NCBI GenBank assembly: GCA_002423155.1
Contig: DIUV01000012.1
Location: 1-59,685 of the forward strand
Direction: 5' to 3'
DNA: 59,685 nucleotides
Origin: Alphaproteobacteria bacterium UBA6149
GTDB lineage: Bacteria; Pseudomonadota; Alphaproteobacteria; Rickettsiales; UBA998
Part shown: one piece after another, positions 27,515 to 39,465 of the stretch
How positions within the stretch are numbered: the stretch's first letter is position 1
Layout of the letters: each line of letters begins with the position of its first letter
Program-made: the position numbers and the translations under genes
Notes under the pieces: model-generated
What the model saw: the letters and a program-made list of their open reading frames with translations, nothing else
What the model was told of the DNA's origin: nothing
Databases searched by the model: none

Positions 27515-28852
27515 TTAAGATTTAAGCCATTCAGGATTAGTCTCTGGTCTACCAAAATAATAACCTTGCATATATTCCACGCCCATTTCCATCAACATTT
27601 TGGCAACATCACCTGTTTCTACAAATTCCGCTACGGCTTTAAGACCAATAGCTTTAGTAAAATCTAATAAAGTTTTTACGAAGAAACGATTGTCACTATT
27701 TTCCACCAAATCACGGATAAAGGCTCCGTCAATCTTAACCATATCAATCGACAAAGTTTTTAGTTGGCGGAAAGAAGTATAGCCCGAACCGAAATCATCC
27801 AAGGCAACCTGCACGCCCAGGGATTGAATCATAGCAACAAAATAAGCAGTGCTGCTTAAATCACGATGTATCGCGGTTTCGGTTATTTCTACAATTAAAC
27901 GCCGCGCCAATTCATTATCATCACCAATTAATTCCTGCATTTTGCTAACCCAACCGAAATTATCAGTAGTTAGGTTCGACACATTAAAAGCAATCGTAAC
28001 TTCAGGATTTTTACGCGCAACATTAACAGACATTTCCATCACCAAAGCATCAATTTCATGAATCAAGCCCATACGCTCGGCAATAGGTATCAATGCACCC
28101 GCCGAACCAATACTACCATCATCACCAATTATGCGCAGCAACGCCTCATAATGACTCACACTACCATCCATACTATCAATCACTGGCTGATAGGCTAAGA
28201 GCAGGCGTTTTTCTCGAATGGCGCGGTTAAAACAATGCGCCAATTCCATTTCCTGCCGTGAAAATGCTGGAGTATTTTGCACGCTTTCCAATGGCTTGCC
28301 CACAACATCATGTCGTCCACGCAATGCTATATATAAATTATCCAATGCGGCAACCGCATTCATGCAAGGATCCGGCATCATCACATAAAGAACGGAGGAA
28401 ATAATATGTATTTGTTTTTGCTCAAACCCATAACCAAAATGCTGAATCACCGAGTGAATCCGCTCAGCAATATAAGGAGCTTCATCTTTGGAGGTCTCTG
28501 CCAATAAAATTCCGAACTGGTCTTTTTGAATTCTCGCCACGGAATCTTTAGATCCCAGTATATTACGAATATCTTCTTGCAATAGGGCGAGAATATTTTC
28601 TGCCATTTCATGCCCATGCCCATTTAACAACATCCCCAGATTATCAATGGAAACCATCAGCAAAGAAGAAGATTTATTATGTGCACGGCAATCATCAATC
28701 AAAGCCTGCAAACTAGCGACAAAGCCACTCGGATAGCCGCACCATTCTCCTTTTAAGGAAATAACTTTAGCCTCACCTTCCTTAATGGGCACCAAAACAG
28801 GTGCCACACCAAAGGCAGAGTTAAAAATAGTCGCTTTACTTGTATCTGTCAT
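27515..28852 (-). CDS. c-di-GMP phosphodiesterase: degenerate GGDEF + intact EAL domain
   Basis: ARIQKDQF replaces GGDEF; YQP, YEALLR, EITET, LDDFGSGY, KIDG, VAEFVE, QGYYFGRP all present. Confidence 0.88.
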   Translation of the reverse strand: MTDTSKATIFNSAFGVAPVLVPIKEGEAKVISLKGEWCGYPSGFVASLQALIDDCRAHNKSSSLLMVSIDNLGMLLNGHGHEMAENILALLQEDIRNILGSKDSVARIQKDQFGILLAETSKDEAPYIAERIHSVIQHFGYGFEQKQIHIISSVLYVMMPDPCMNAVAALDNLYIALRGRHDVVGKPLESVQNTPAFSRQEMELAHCFNRAIREKRLLLAYQPVIDSMDGSVSHYEALLRIIGDDGSIGSAGALIPIAERMGLIHEIDALVMEMSVNVARKNPEVTIAFNVSNLTTDNFGWVSKMQELIGDDNELARRLIVEITETAIHRDLSSTAYFVAMIQSLGVQVALDDFGSGYTSFRQLKTLSIDMVKIDGAFIRDLVENSDNRFFVKTLLDFTKAIGLKAVAEFVETGDVAKMLMEMGVEYMQGYYFGRPETNPEWLKS

Positions 28853-28978
28853 AAAACCGCAATCAGAATAATAGACTAACTAAGGTTCACCTTAACAAGT
28901 AATCGTAAACAATTGATAAATTTTACGGTGATTATTGAAAAAAATGCTTTTTAATAGATTTTTATTAAAATTATCTAC

Positions 28979-29611
28979 CTAAGGCAAACGCAATAAAGTT
29001 GGCAGGACATTGCTCGCATGCAGATAGGCTAATAACAAAAAGCACGGATAAGGCAAAAAGAACATGGCAGCATCTCGCATGGTTTTACGCACCAAACGGG
29101 GGGTGGTTTCTATTTGCTCGGGCTCACTATATTGCGACAGCCGAGGAAACCAACGCGGAACTTCCGCTTGATATTCCTTATAAGTATCGCCAAATTTATG
29201 TAATAAAAATTCTTCCTCACGGGCAACCACTAAAGGATAATAAAAACAAAAAGCAGCTCCTAATAAAAAAGTCAGGCTGAACATACCACTCATCAAGCCC
29301 ACTCCAACCGTACCCAAAAAAGAAAATACATAAAGCGGATTACGCACCACAGAAAAAGGCCCTTGGCGCACCACTTCATCATTCTTACGCCCACCAATAA
29401 ATAATGATGCGTAGCTACGCCCAAAAACACAAATTATGCACAAGGCATAGCCCAGCACGACCATCACCATCCGACTAAGACTATCCATCGGCAGCAAAGG
29501 AGCGGCAAAGGCAATTAAACAAACTACAACCGCCACAAAAATTTGGCTATGTTTTCTCCGCGCACGCAAAAGTTTGGGAGCTGTATCATTTTCCATAAAT
29601 TGTTTTTCCAT
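28979..29611 (-). CDS. ICMT/PEMT-family integral membrane methyltransferase
   Basis: GGRKN...GPFSVVRNPLY, EEEFLLHKFG..Y..Y...VPRW motifs. Confidence 0.82.
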   Translation of the reverse strand: MEKQFMENDTAPKLLRARRKHSQIFVAVVVCLIAFAAPLLPMDSLSRMVMVVLGYALCIICVFGRSYASLFIGGRKNDEVVRQGPFSVVRNPLYVFSFLGTVGVGLMSGMFSLTFLLGAAFCFYYPLVVAREEEFLLHKFGDTYKEYQAEVPRWFPRLSQYSEPEQIETTPRLVRKTMRDAAMFFLPYPCFLLLAYLHASNVLPTLLRLP

Positions 29612-29659
29612 AAATTATTTACAAAGTTAATCTGCCGTTTTTTTAGATTAGCATTACTA

Positions 29660-29844
29660 AGACCTCTTCATAAACTAAATATGTTGAGGCGGATGAGTCG
29701 TTTGTTTCTGATGAAGAACCGCAGCGTAGCGGCGCTACGTGAGGGTGTGAGCGTTAAAGAAACATGCTGGGGGCATGTTTCTAGCGAACACGAAGAAGAA
29801 AAAACGGCGCATACGTCCAACAGATTTAGTTTATGAAGAGGGCT
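29660..29844. repeat. 185-bp RPE-like element (family 1, copy C) with internal hairpin insert
   Basis: TIR AGACCTCTTCATAAACTAAAT / ATTTAGTTTATGAAGAGGGCT; core AGAACCGCAGCGTAGCGGCGCTACGTGAGG; insert AGAAACATGC-TGGGG-GCATGTTTCT. Confidence 0.8.
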
Positions 29845-29981
29845 ACTGTGTTAAATTAGTATCGCAAACTAATACGCCAGATAATCTTATGGGTCAAAGC
29901 TAAAAAAAGATTGGATAATTATAGTTATGCTATAATAATGGCTAATTATGTTTTGGTATAAGCCAATAAATTGAGGAAGAC

Positions 29982-31721
29982 ATGCAAGTAAAACACAAAG
30001 TATTATTACAATTAGGCATTATTTTGCTGATGTTTGGCTGCTGCTCTATTTTTGCAGTTTATGAAATATCTCTATTATCTCCCATACTAAAACAATCCAG
30101 CTCTTTAGCAAAAAATGCGGCGGAAAAAGATATTGTATTATTAAATTCAATCAAAGACCTGAAATTGAACGTAGTGCAGGTGCAACAATTTTTAACCGAC
30201 ATTTCTGCCACTCGCGGATTAGACGGGTTGGATGACGGAACAAAAAAAGCCGAAGAACAGGCAGCTAAATTTAATGAAAACATCAAGATAGCTACTAAAA
30301 TAGCGCAAGAGCAACAATATAAAGAAATTTATGATTTATTAGAACAAACAAAAAAAGCTTTTCCTGATTATTATGTTGCAGGAAAGAAAATGTCCGCGGC
30401 CTATATAGAAAATGGTCCCGAAATGGGCAATAAAATGATGGCAGGTTTTGATACTGCCTCCGAAAAAATTACCGCCCTTAGCGACGATTTGGTGCTAAAA
30501 AGCACCAAGCTTACCAATGAAAATCTGCATAACGTATTAACAGCGCTTAGCACTGCCAGTGCCGATGAAGAACATCTGATTAATATTATTATCACAGTAT
30601 CTGCTATCGCCGTGTTATTGGCGATAATTGGAGCAATTTATATAACCACATTAATTTCCCGAGGATTTGAAAATATAAAAGCCGATTTACAAGCAATTGA
30701 AAACCGCAATTATAATACTCCCCCTAAACTAAATGAAAAATCTTTAGATGAATTTGGCAGCATTGCCCGCTCTTTAGCTGGCTTTAGAAACAAACTAATC
30801 GCCGCCGAAACCGCGGAAGAAACGCGGAAAAGGGCGGAAAAACAAGCAATTATCGACAAAGCAAAAGCGATGGAGGATTTGGCAAATTTATTTGAAGAAA
30901 AAATACAATCTATTATTAATAACGTTTCTACTTCTGCTACACAGCTTTGTTCATCATCAGAAAACATGATTACGATAGTAAGAGCAGTGAGCGATAAAGC
31001 CGATGGCGCTTTATATGCTTCTGAATCAACCGCCCGTAACGTACAAAGTGTTGCCGCCGCGTCAGAGGAAATGTCGGCATCGGTACGAGAAATATCTTCA
31101 CAAATATCTCGCTCTACCATGGTGGTGCGTTCAGCGGTTACCGCAGCAGACAGCGCGGAAGAAATTTCCCAATCGCTAGAAGTAGCCGCAGTTCGGGTTG
31201 GCAAAGTAGTAGATTTAATCAAAGGAATTGCCGAACAAATTAACTTGCTCGCTTTAAATGCCACCATAGAATCCGCACGTGCGGGCGAAGCAGGCAAAGG
31301 CTTTGCCGTAGTTGCGGGCGAGGTAAAAAACTTAGCCGGGCAAACCACCAAAGCCACCGAAGAAATTTCTGGTCAGGTTAGCAGCATCCAAGAAGTATCG
31401 CGCGGTGTTATCAACACTTTAGCCAATATTCGTAGCGCCATTTTAAACGTAGATGAATATTCCGCCGCCATTTCTTCGGCAGTAGAAGAACAATCCGCGG
31501 TTACCAATGAAATAGCCGCGAATATGGGAACCGCCGCCTCGGGCACTAGTCAAATATCGCATGATATTGCAGATGTCCAATCCTCCTCACAAAGCGCTGG
31601 AGATTCTTCGCAAGAGGTAAAAACCGCCGCGCAAACGCTGTTTACCAATGCCAAGCGCCTAGATGATGAAGTACATGATTTCTTAGAGGAATTAAGAAAC
31701 CGCGGAAAGCATGTTGCCTGA
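29982..31721 (+). CDS. Methyl-accepting chemotaxis protein
   Basis: Two TMs around a periplasmic domain, HAMP-like DEFGSIA, signalling hairpin [34 protein letters not shown]. Confidence 0.93.
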   Translation: MQVKHKVLLQLGIILLMFGCCSIFAVYEISLLSPILKQSSSLAKNAAEKDIVLLNSIKDLKLNVVQVQQFLTDISATRGLDGLDDGTKKAEEQAAKFNENIKIATKIAQEQQYKEIYDLLEQTKKAFPDYYVAGKKMSAAYIENGPEMGNKMMAGFDTASEKITALSDDLVLKSTKLTNENLHNVLTALSTASADEEHLINIIITVSAIAVLLAIIGAIYITTLISRGFENIKADLQAIENRNYNTPPKLNEKSLDEFGSIARSLAGFRNKLIAAETAEETRKRAEKQAIIDKAKAMEDLANLFEEKIQSIINNVSTSATQLCSSSENMITIVRAVSDKADGALYASESTARNVQSVAAASEEMSASVREISSQISRSTMVVRSAVTAADSAEEISQSLEVAAVRVGKVVDLIKGIAEQINLLALNATIESARAGEAGKGFAVVAGEVKNLAGQTTKATEEISGQVSSIQEVSRGVINTLANIRSAILNVDEYSAAISSAVEEQSAVTNEIAANMGTAASGTSQISHDIADVQSSSQSAGDSSQEVKTAAQTLFTNAKRLDDEVHDFLEELRNRGKHVA

Positions 31722-32229
31722 TAGAAAGCATCAAATAAAGCATCCCAGCAGCTTACTAGCTTTAGCCCTATTGGAATATTTACCTCCCAATATATCTCCC
31801 TGTTCTGCTTTGGAGGTTGGCTGTGGAGATGGATTATTATCCATTTCGGCAGCACAATTAGGCATAGAGAAGATACTTGCAACGGATATTTCAGCCCAAG
31901 CAGTGAAAGCCGCACAACAAAACATAGGAGCAAATAATCTTTCTGATATTATTAGCACATTAAGGGCGGATGGAATAAAACATCCCCTCATTAAGACTTC
32001 CGCCCCTTACGGGCTAATAATTTGCAATTTACTGGCGGAAGAACTGATAGACTGGTCAAAAGATTTTTATAATTTATTACCCCCCAATGGCTTCGTAATT
32101 ATTTCTGGCATTTTACGCTGGAAAACTGTTGCGGTTCGCGAAATATATCAGCAAATAGGTCTGGAATTAATCGCCGCAGCAAATGACCAAAACTGGGAAG
32201 CGTTCTTATTTTTTCGAGCCAGAAATTAA
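31711..32229 (+). CDS. PrmA-like SAM methyltransferase, catalytic domain only (N-terminally truncated)
   Basis: [43 protein letters not shown], ending W; lacks the PrmA N-terminal domain and the AFGTG motif. Confidence 0.7.
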   Translation: MLPDRKHQIKHPSSLLALALLEYLPPNISPCSALEVGCGDGLLSISAAQLGIEKILATDISAQAVKAAQQNIGANNLSDIISTLRADGIKHPLIKTSAPYGLIICNLLAEELIDWSKDFYNLLPPNGFVIISGILRWKTVAVREIYQQIGLELIAAANDQNWEAFLFFRARN

Positions 32230-33746
32230 GACAGATAACGGCGCAATAGATGTTGCTTGTAATAATTAACATCCAGCTCTTTACCTGTGGCGGCGCGTAA
32301 TATCTCATTAGTGCTTAAATGCGAAGCCTGCATGTGGATATTGTTTTTCAACCACTGATTTACATTGGAGAAATTACCTTTTTGCAAATCTGTTTCTAAA
32401 TTGGGAAGCTCAGCTCTCGTGGCGGCGAATAATTGTGCGGCAATCATTGCGCCCAAGCTATAAGTGGGGAAATAGCCAATTGACCCCATCGGCCAGTGAA
32501 TATCTTGCATACAACCATTGGCATGACAATCTGGCGTGATGCCTAATAATTTCTTGCTATTTTCTGCCCAGGCAAGGGGCAGATCATCCACGGGCAAATC
32601 ACCGGACAGCAAGGCTTTTTCTAGTTTATAACGTAATAAAATATGCGCGGGATAAGTAACTTCATCAGCTTCTACACGAATATGACTAGGCTGCACACGG
32701 CTTATATTCGCCCGCAGCGCATCCACCGATAAATCCAGCCCCAAAATTCTTGCTATATGTGGCGTGGCAAATTCTAAAAAATTCTCATTTTGACAAATTT
32801 GCATTTCCATAAATAATGACTGGCTCTCATGCAAGCTCATCCCTCGCGCCTGCCCCACCGGCTGGAAACGCCATTCTCGCGGCAAATTAGCTTCATAAAG
32901 TGCATGTCCGGTTTCATGAGCTACACCATAAAAAGCACTAGTAAAATCCGCCGCATCATAACGAGTGGTAATACGAATATCACCCGCCGTTCCACCACAA
33001 AAAGGATGCGTGCTAGTATCTAGGCGCCCATAGTTAAAGTCAAACCCCATAGTTTTGGTTAACCAGCGAGCAAGCTCTTCTTGTTTATGCACCGAACTAG
33101 CGAGATTAAGGGGGGCGAGATTAAGGGGGGCGAGATTAAGACTTTCGGGCAATTCAGCTTGATGTGCCAAGACTTCGGCAATAAATTCGGGCAAGAATTT
33201 TTCTAAATCCGTAAAAATCACGTCCAGACTCGCAGAATTAGTGCCGGGGTCATAGCCATCTAACAACGCATCATACGCCAAACATTGCAAAGTTTCTGCT
33301 TTAGCGGCGGCAGTTTCCTGCACCAATTTTATGATGTTTTTTAAATATGGTGCAAAGCCCACAAAATCATTTTCTTTCCGTGCGCTACGCCAGAAATGCT
33401 CACTCTCTGCCGCCGCTTGCGCTAATTCAGACGCTAATGAAACGGGCACTCCCACGGCATGATTTAAGCGATGGCGCATTTCTCTTAGATTTGCTTGCTG
33501 CCATGAATTTAAATTCTGGCGGGCTAAATCTTCCTGCTCGGCGGCAAAAATTAAATCGGGTATTTCCAAAGAACAAATTTTTTCGTGGGTGATGGTAGCA
33601 ATTATGCCCATTTGCTCAGCGCGTTGCGCCGCTCCACCCGCAGGCATTACCGTAGCACTATCCCAATCCAGCAGCCCATTTACGCTTTCTAACAGCAAAA
33701 TTTCGCGGAAAATATTTTCTAATTTTTGATATGGTTGGTTTGTCAT
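32226..33746 (-). CDS. M32 family carboxypeptidase
   Basis: HPFCGG, DIRITTRY, HETGHALYE, HESQSL, IRVEADEVTY, GCMQDIHW, GYFPTY. Confidence 0.93.
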   Translation of the reverse strand: MTNQPYQKLENIFREILLLESVNGLLDWDSATVMPAGGAAQRAEQMGIIATITHEKICSLEIPDLIFAAEQEDLARQNLNSWQQANLREMRHRLNHAVGVPVSLASELAQAAAESEHFWRSARKENDFVGFAPYLKNIIKLVQETAAAKAETLQCLAYDALLDGYDPGTNSASLDVIFTDLEKFLPEFIAEVLAHQAELPESLNLAPLNLAPLNLASSVHKQEELARWLTKTMGFDFNYGRLDTSTHPFCGGTAGDIRITTRYDAADFTSAFYGVAHETGHALYEANLPREWRFQPVGQARGMSLHESQSLFMEMQICQNENFLEFATPHIARILGLDLSVDALRANISRVQPSHIRVEADEVTYPAHILLRYKLEKALLSGDLPVDDLPLAWAENSKKLLGITPDCHANGCMQDIHWPMGSIGYFPTYSLGAMIAAQLFAATRAELPNLETDLQKGNFSNVNQWLKNNIHMQASHLSTNEILRAATGKELDVNYYKQHLLRRYLS

Positions 33747-33747
33747 A

Positions 33748-33850
33748 TACTAATTCCACTTTAAAATTCCCCATACCAAATTGGAATTAGTATAGGGTTG
33801 CGACCGCAACCCCGCGGCCAATCTTATTTAAAAAAGGTGGGCCGCGTGAG
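33748..33850. repeat. Short palindromic element remnant (family 4)
   Basis: ATACTAATTCCA...TGGAATTAGTAT inverted repeat followed by a GGGTTGCG-ACC-GCAACCC hairpin. Confidence 0.45.
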
Positions 33851-33860
33851 CCTTAATATA

Positions 33861-34574
33861 TTATGAACTCTTAGTACGCCAATGATAAAAGAAAAAGATT
33901 ACTAAAGCGGAAAGACCAATGGCAAACCAAGTAATTGCATAGCCCAAATGATCATTACGCAACAAAATATCTCCATCCGTTGGAATCGGTAATATTTTAG
34001 GCTCCGCTTTACCCAAAACATCTCCCGTCACGGGCAATAAATTTAATTGGCTGACTTGCGACATATTAGCAATATCGCGCCAAAACCAAATGTTTTTCTC
34101 AACCGTTTGATGGGGAGTAAAAAAATTATGATCGCGATCGGTGCGCAACATCGCCACTAATGTTTGCTCATCCTCAGGATGTGCTGCCTGATTTTTTTGT
34201 TCACTCGCAACCCAACCTCGATTGAGCAAAATAATCCGCGCATCAGGCTTTGCTAATAAAAAGGGAGTTAATATATGATAGCCTAATTTGCCTTTATAAT
34301 AACGCGCTGCCAGATGAAATTCTTTATCATGCAGAAATCTTCCTTTTAGTGCAAAGGTACGAAATCCTAAACTGGATAAATCTTCGGTTTTTGGCAATCC
34401 ATCCGCAGGTTTTGCCTGCTTAGCTGCATCCAGACTAGCAATTAATGCTTCTTTTTGAAACAAACGTTGCATCTGCCAAGCACTAAGAAAACTTAGTAAC
34501 AAAAAAGCAAAAATCGTAGCAATAATTGCCATGCTCGAAGGTTTATGCCAACTTCTTTTGCTCAACCCATTCAT
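33861..34574 (-). CDS. surf1: SURF1/Shy1 cytochrome oxidase assembly protein
   Basis: WQMQRL..K, GYHILTP, LNRGWV, NDHLGYAITWF. Confidence 0.92.
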   Translation of the reverse strand: MNGLSKRSWHKPSSMAIIATIFAFLLLSFLSAWQMQRLFQKEALIASLDAAKQAKPADGLPKTEDLSSLGFRTFALKGRFLHDKEFHLAARYYKGKLGYHILTPFLLAKPDARIILLNRGWVASEQKNQAAHPEDEQTLVAMLRTDRDHNFFTPHQTVEKNIWFWRDIANMSQVSQLNLLPVTGDVLGKAEPKILPIPTDGDILLRNDHLGYAITWFAIGLSALVIFFFYHWRTKSS

Positions 34575-34575
34575 T

Positions 34576-34759
34576 AGACTTACCTATTTTTTATTGTAGT
34601 GATGTAGATGACTCGTTTCTTATCTATGAAAACCACAGCGTAGCGGCTTCGTTGAGGGTGTGAGCGTTAAAGAAACATGCTGGGTGGCATGTTTCTAGCG
34701 AGCACGAAGAAGAAAAAACGGCGCAGATGCATTGCTACAATGAAAAAATAGATAAGTCT
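34576..34759. repeat. 184-bp RPE-like element (family 1, copy D) filling the DUF983-surf1 junction
   Basis: TIR AGACTTACCTATTTTT / AAAAATAGATAAGTCT; same insert as copy C, same arms as copy B; ATT on both flanks. Confidence 0.8.
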
Positions 34760-34760
34760 A

Positions 34761-35102
34761 TTAGAAGCGACTCCTATATTCCATATTAAGCAACAATGCT
34801 TTAAAAAATCTTGATAATCCTAAAGAACCAATAGTAATAATTGGCAACCATAACAGCGCATGCACCCACAAAGCAGGCTCATATTTAAATTCCACATAAG
34901 TTGCCAAACCAGCAACCAACGAACCAATTGTAATAATTACAAAGTAGATATGCCCATCACCCACTTCTAACTTAGTAAAATCAAAATTACAATTGGCGCA
35001 GTTAGATGCCGTATCTAATAAACCGCAGAAAAGCCTGCCCTTGCCACAACAAGGACAGACTCCTTTCAGGGAAGTTGTTATTAACGATTTAATGATTGCC
35101 AC
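34761..35102 (-). CDS. DUF983 family membrane protein
   Basis: CPCCGKGRLF...C.NC, GDG, PALWVH, KALL...EY; typical position after coxC; likely GTG start at 35102 (track start 35183 overlaps coxC). Confidence 0.82.
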   Translation of the reverse strand: MAIIKSLITTSLKGVCPCCGKGRLFCGLLDTASNCANCNFDFTKLEVGDGHIYFVIITIGSLVAGLATYVEFKYEPALWVHALLWLPIITIGSLGLSRFFKALLLNMEYRSRF

Positions 35103-35916
35103 CCCACCAATAAACAAACACGAACAAGAACAACCATACCGCATCAACAAAATGCCAATACCAAGCAGCGAACTCAAATCCAAGATGCCCTTTAGGCGTT
35201 AAAGTGCCCCGGATTGAACGCACTAAATTAACCCCTAGAAAGAGAGTACCAATCAGAACATGCACGCCATGAAAACCTGTTGCCATATAAAAAGTAGAAG
35301 CAAAAACGCCGTCAGTAAATTTAAAAGTAGCGTGATGATATTCGTACGCCTGACACGCACTAAAAATCACTCCTAAGGCAACCGTAATTGCCAAGGCTTT
35401 AATTACTGATTTGCGGTCATTAGCTAATAAAGCATGATGTGCCCAAGTTACCGTAGTGCCAGATAGCAATAAAATCAGTGTATTAATGAACGGCAAATCC
35501 CAAGCATCCATGGTTTGAATGCCCTTAGGCGGCCAAACGCCCGGCCCCATTGCCCATATATCTTCTAATGGAAGTTTAGGAAAAAGGCTGGAATTAAAAA
35601 ACGCCCAGAAAAACGCTACGAAAAACATTACTTCCGAGGCAATAAATAAACCCATACCAATACGCAAACCATGTTGCACAGCAGGAGTATGCGCTTTATC
35701 CGCAATGCCTTCTCTAATAACGCTCCGCCACCAAACAAACATGCAGCTAAGAATAGATAAAGTTCCAACCGCCAATATAAATTTTCCAATGACATAATCA
35801 TGGAAAGCTAAAGCCGAACCAACCGTTATTAAAAATAAGCTCAACGAACTAAGCAAAGGCAACGCGCTGGGGTTTACCAAATGATAGGGATGGGTAGGTG
35901 TAGTTGCATGTGCCAT
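35089..35916 (-). CDS. coxC: Cytochrome c oxidase subunit III
   Basis: HPYHLV, SEVMFF, WPP, NTLILLLSG, TGFHGVHV, AAWYWHFVD. Confidence 0.96.
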   Translation of the reverse strand: MAHATTPTHPYHLVNPSALPLLSSLSLFLITVGSALAFHDYVIGKFILAVGTLSILSCMFVWWRSVIREGIADKAHTPAVQHGLRIGMGLFIASEVMFFVAFFWAFFNSSLFPKLPLEDIWAMGPGVWPPKGIQTMDAWDLPFINTLILLLSGTTVTWAHHALLANDRKSVIKALAITVALGVIFSACQAYEYHHATFKFTDGVFASTFYMATGFHGVHVLIGTLFLGVNLVRSIRGTLTPKGHLGFEFAAWYWHFVDAVWLFLFVFVYWWGGNH

Positions 35917-35959
35917 ATAAAATCCTCGTAACTAAATTTATGCTTACTTTAATTTGTGC

Positions 35960-36520
35960 TTACTTTACCGAAACTGATTTAAAAAAGGTATAAGATAAAG
36001 TGATATTCTCAACATCATCTAACTGTTTATCATCCATAATTGCTGGGTCGATATAGAAAGATACCGGCATTTGCACCTTTTCATGCGCTTTTAGAATTTG
36101 TTCTTTAAAACAAAAACATTCTGTTTTTACAAAATATTGCCCAACTTTATGGGGAGTTACATTAAAAGTAGCATGTCCTGATACCGCTTTATCAGATAAA
36201 TTCTGCGCTTCATAAAACACCAGATTTTGCGCCCCCACCTGAACTGACAAATTTGCCTGAGTGGGACTAAAATGCCACGGTAATTTGGGATCAATGTCAG
36301 AATTAAAATGAATTTTTATTTTCCGTGCAAATATTGGTCGGGATTCCACAGAATTTACCACAGAATTAACAGAAGCCTCGCGGGTAGTCCCACCGAACCC
36401 CGTAACTTGACAAAACATCCGATAAAGCGGAACCGCAGCATAAGAAAGCAACAACATACCCAGCACCGAAGCAAGCAGCCCCATGCTTAAATTACGGTTA
36501 CGTTGTGCAAGACTGCTCAT
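35960..36520 (-). CDS. ctaG: Cytochrome c oxidase copper chaperone CtaG/Cox11
   Basis: YAAVPLYRMFCQVTGFGGT, CFCF, TLSYTF. Confidence 0.95.
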   Translation of the reverse strand: MSSLAQRNRNLSMGLLASVLGMLLLSYAAVPLYRMFCQVTGFGGTTREASVNSVVNSVESRPIFARKIKIHFNSDIDPKLPWHFSPTQANLSVQVGAQNLVFYEAQNLSDKAVSGHATFNVTPHKVGQYFVKTECFCFKEQILKAHEKVQMPVSFYIDPAIMDDKQLDDVENITLSYTFFKSVSVK

Positions 36521-36627
36521 ATAAATTTCACCAAAGTTATGCCATAGACAATCGCCACTAACCCTAACAAAATTGCCAGCAAAACCAGATTTTTGCTTTT
36601 TTGTTTTTTCTGAAAATCGGTAGTCAT
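36517..36627 (-). CDS. 36-aa single-TM protein of the cox operon (below the ORF-track cutoff)
   Basis: MTTDFQKKQKSKNLVLLAILLGLVAIVYGITLVKFI; ATGA overlaps with both neighbours; matches the small basic+TM gene usually found between ctaB and ctaG in alphaproteobacteria. Confidence 0.75.
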   Translation of the reverse strand: MTTDFQKKQKSKNLVLLAILLGLVAIVYGITLVKFI

Positions 36628-36845
36628 TTTTTTTCTTCCGTGTTACGACGCATGAAATCTAACAATAACAATACTAATACGGTAAATAACACGCCCAAAA
36701 TAAAGCTGGTTCCCATCATATAAATAGTACCAGAAACTAAATTCTGACTCACCTCGACCGAAGTACTCGCCGCAATCTCGCCACTGACCTGATTATTTAA
36801 CTTATCATTATCTAACTTATCATTATCTACATGTTGTTGTGCCAT
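36624..36845 (-). CDS. 73-aa single-TM hypothetical protein
   Basis: In-operon position and ATGA coupling to the next gene; C-terminal TM followed by DFMRRN. Confidence 0.6.
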   Translation of the reverse strand: MAQQHVDNDKLDNDKLNNQVSGEIAASTSVEVSQNLVSGTIYMMGTSFILGVLFTVLVLLLLDFMRRNTEEKK

Positions 36846-36860
36846 ATATGCGCTCTTACT

Positions 36861-37873
36861 CTATAAATTAAAATTGTTAAGCGCCTGATAAATAATCTGC
36901 GAAGGAAAATTCACCATCCGATCCACCACCAAACCAGCAAATAATATAAAAAGATAAACTATAGAATATTTGAATAATCCCAACGCCACTTCCGGAGCAT
37001 CACTTTTTAATACCGCAAAAGCGCGAAGTATAAAATAAGCCCCCAAACCACTCGACAAAAACAAATATAAAAACCCTGATTGTCCAAAAACCGACGGCAA
37101 AACCGATACCGCAACTAATAAAAATGAATAAAATAATATATGTTTTTTGGTAGAAGCCACACCAGCGATTACTGGTAACATTGGCACTCCCGCATCGCGG
37201 TAATCCTGATTACGATATAATGCTAAAGCCCAAAAATGCGGTGGCGTCCACAGAAAAGTAATTAAAAAATAAATAATTGGCTCAACCGACAAAGTCCCCG
37301 TAACCGCCAACCAACCAATTACTGGCGGAAAAGCTCCCGCAGCTCCGCCAATGACGATATTTTGCGGAGTGCGGCGTTTTAAAATCATCGTATAAAACAC
37401 CGAATAAAACCAAATAGCAAAGGCAAGCATTGAAGCAGCCTGCCAATTGGTGGCTAAAGCGAGAATAAGCACCGAGCCAACCGCCAATATCAACCCCAAC
37501 ATTAAGGCGTTACTTGCCTCTACTCTACCTGCGGGTATTGGGCGGTTGCGCGTGCGGCGCATCAACAAATCAATATCTCGATCATACCACATATTTATAG
37601 CAGCGCCCGCACCCGAACCTAAAGCGATACATAAAATAGTAACAAAGGCTAAAAAAGGATGCAAATTCCCCGGCGCCATCAGCAAACCTACCCAGCCAGT
37701 AAACACCACTAAAGACATGACCCCCGGTTTCAACAGGCGAAAATAATCCCCTACCTCAGATTCAAAAATCTTCGACTCAAAAACACTAACATCTCCATCC
37801 AAGGCAAAAGCAGCTAACTCTGGGGAAGAACTCCCCAGAACTTGCATATTTTGTTCAGTAATAACTGCGGACA

Positions 37874-37874
<1 letters not shown>
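36861..37874 (-). CDS. ctaB: Protoheme IX farnesyltransferase (heme O synthase)
   Basis: LKPGVMSLVVFT, NMWYDRDID..M.RT..RP, QNIVIGGAAGA, WTPPHFWAL. Confidence 0.95.
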
Positions 37875-39454
<1,580 letters not shown>

Positions 39455-39465
39455 TTAAGACCTCG

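Noticed and set aside
27515..28852. Active diguanylate cyclase
   Set aside because: The GGDEF signature is replaced by QKDQF; only the EAL motifs are intact.
29543..29836. 97-aa ORF on + strand
   Set aside because: Mostly a translation of RPE-like copy C, and it overlaps the methyltransferase start antisense.
30710..31357. 215-aa antisense ORF in the MCP, and the many other antisense or alternate-frame ORFs in the track
   Set aside because: Shadow frames of well-supported genes, with no motifs or RBS.
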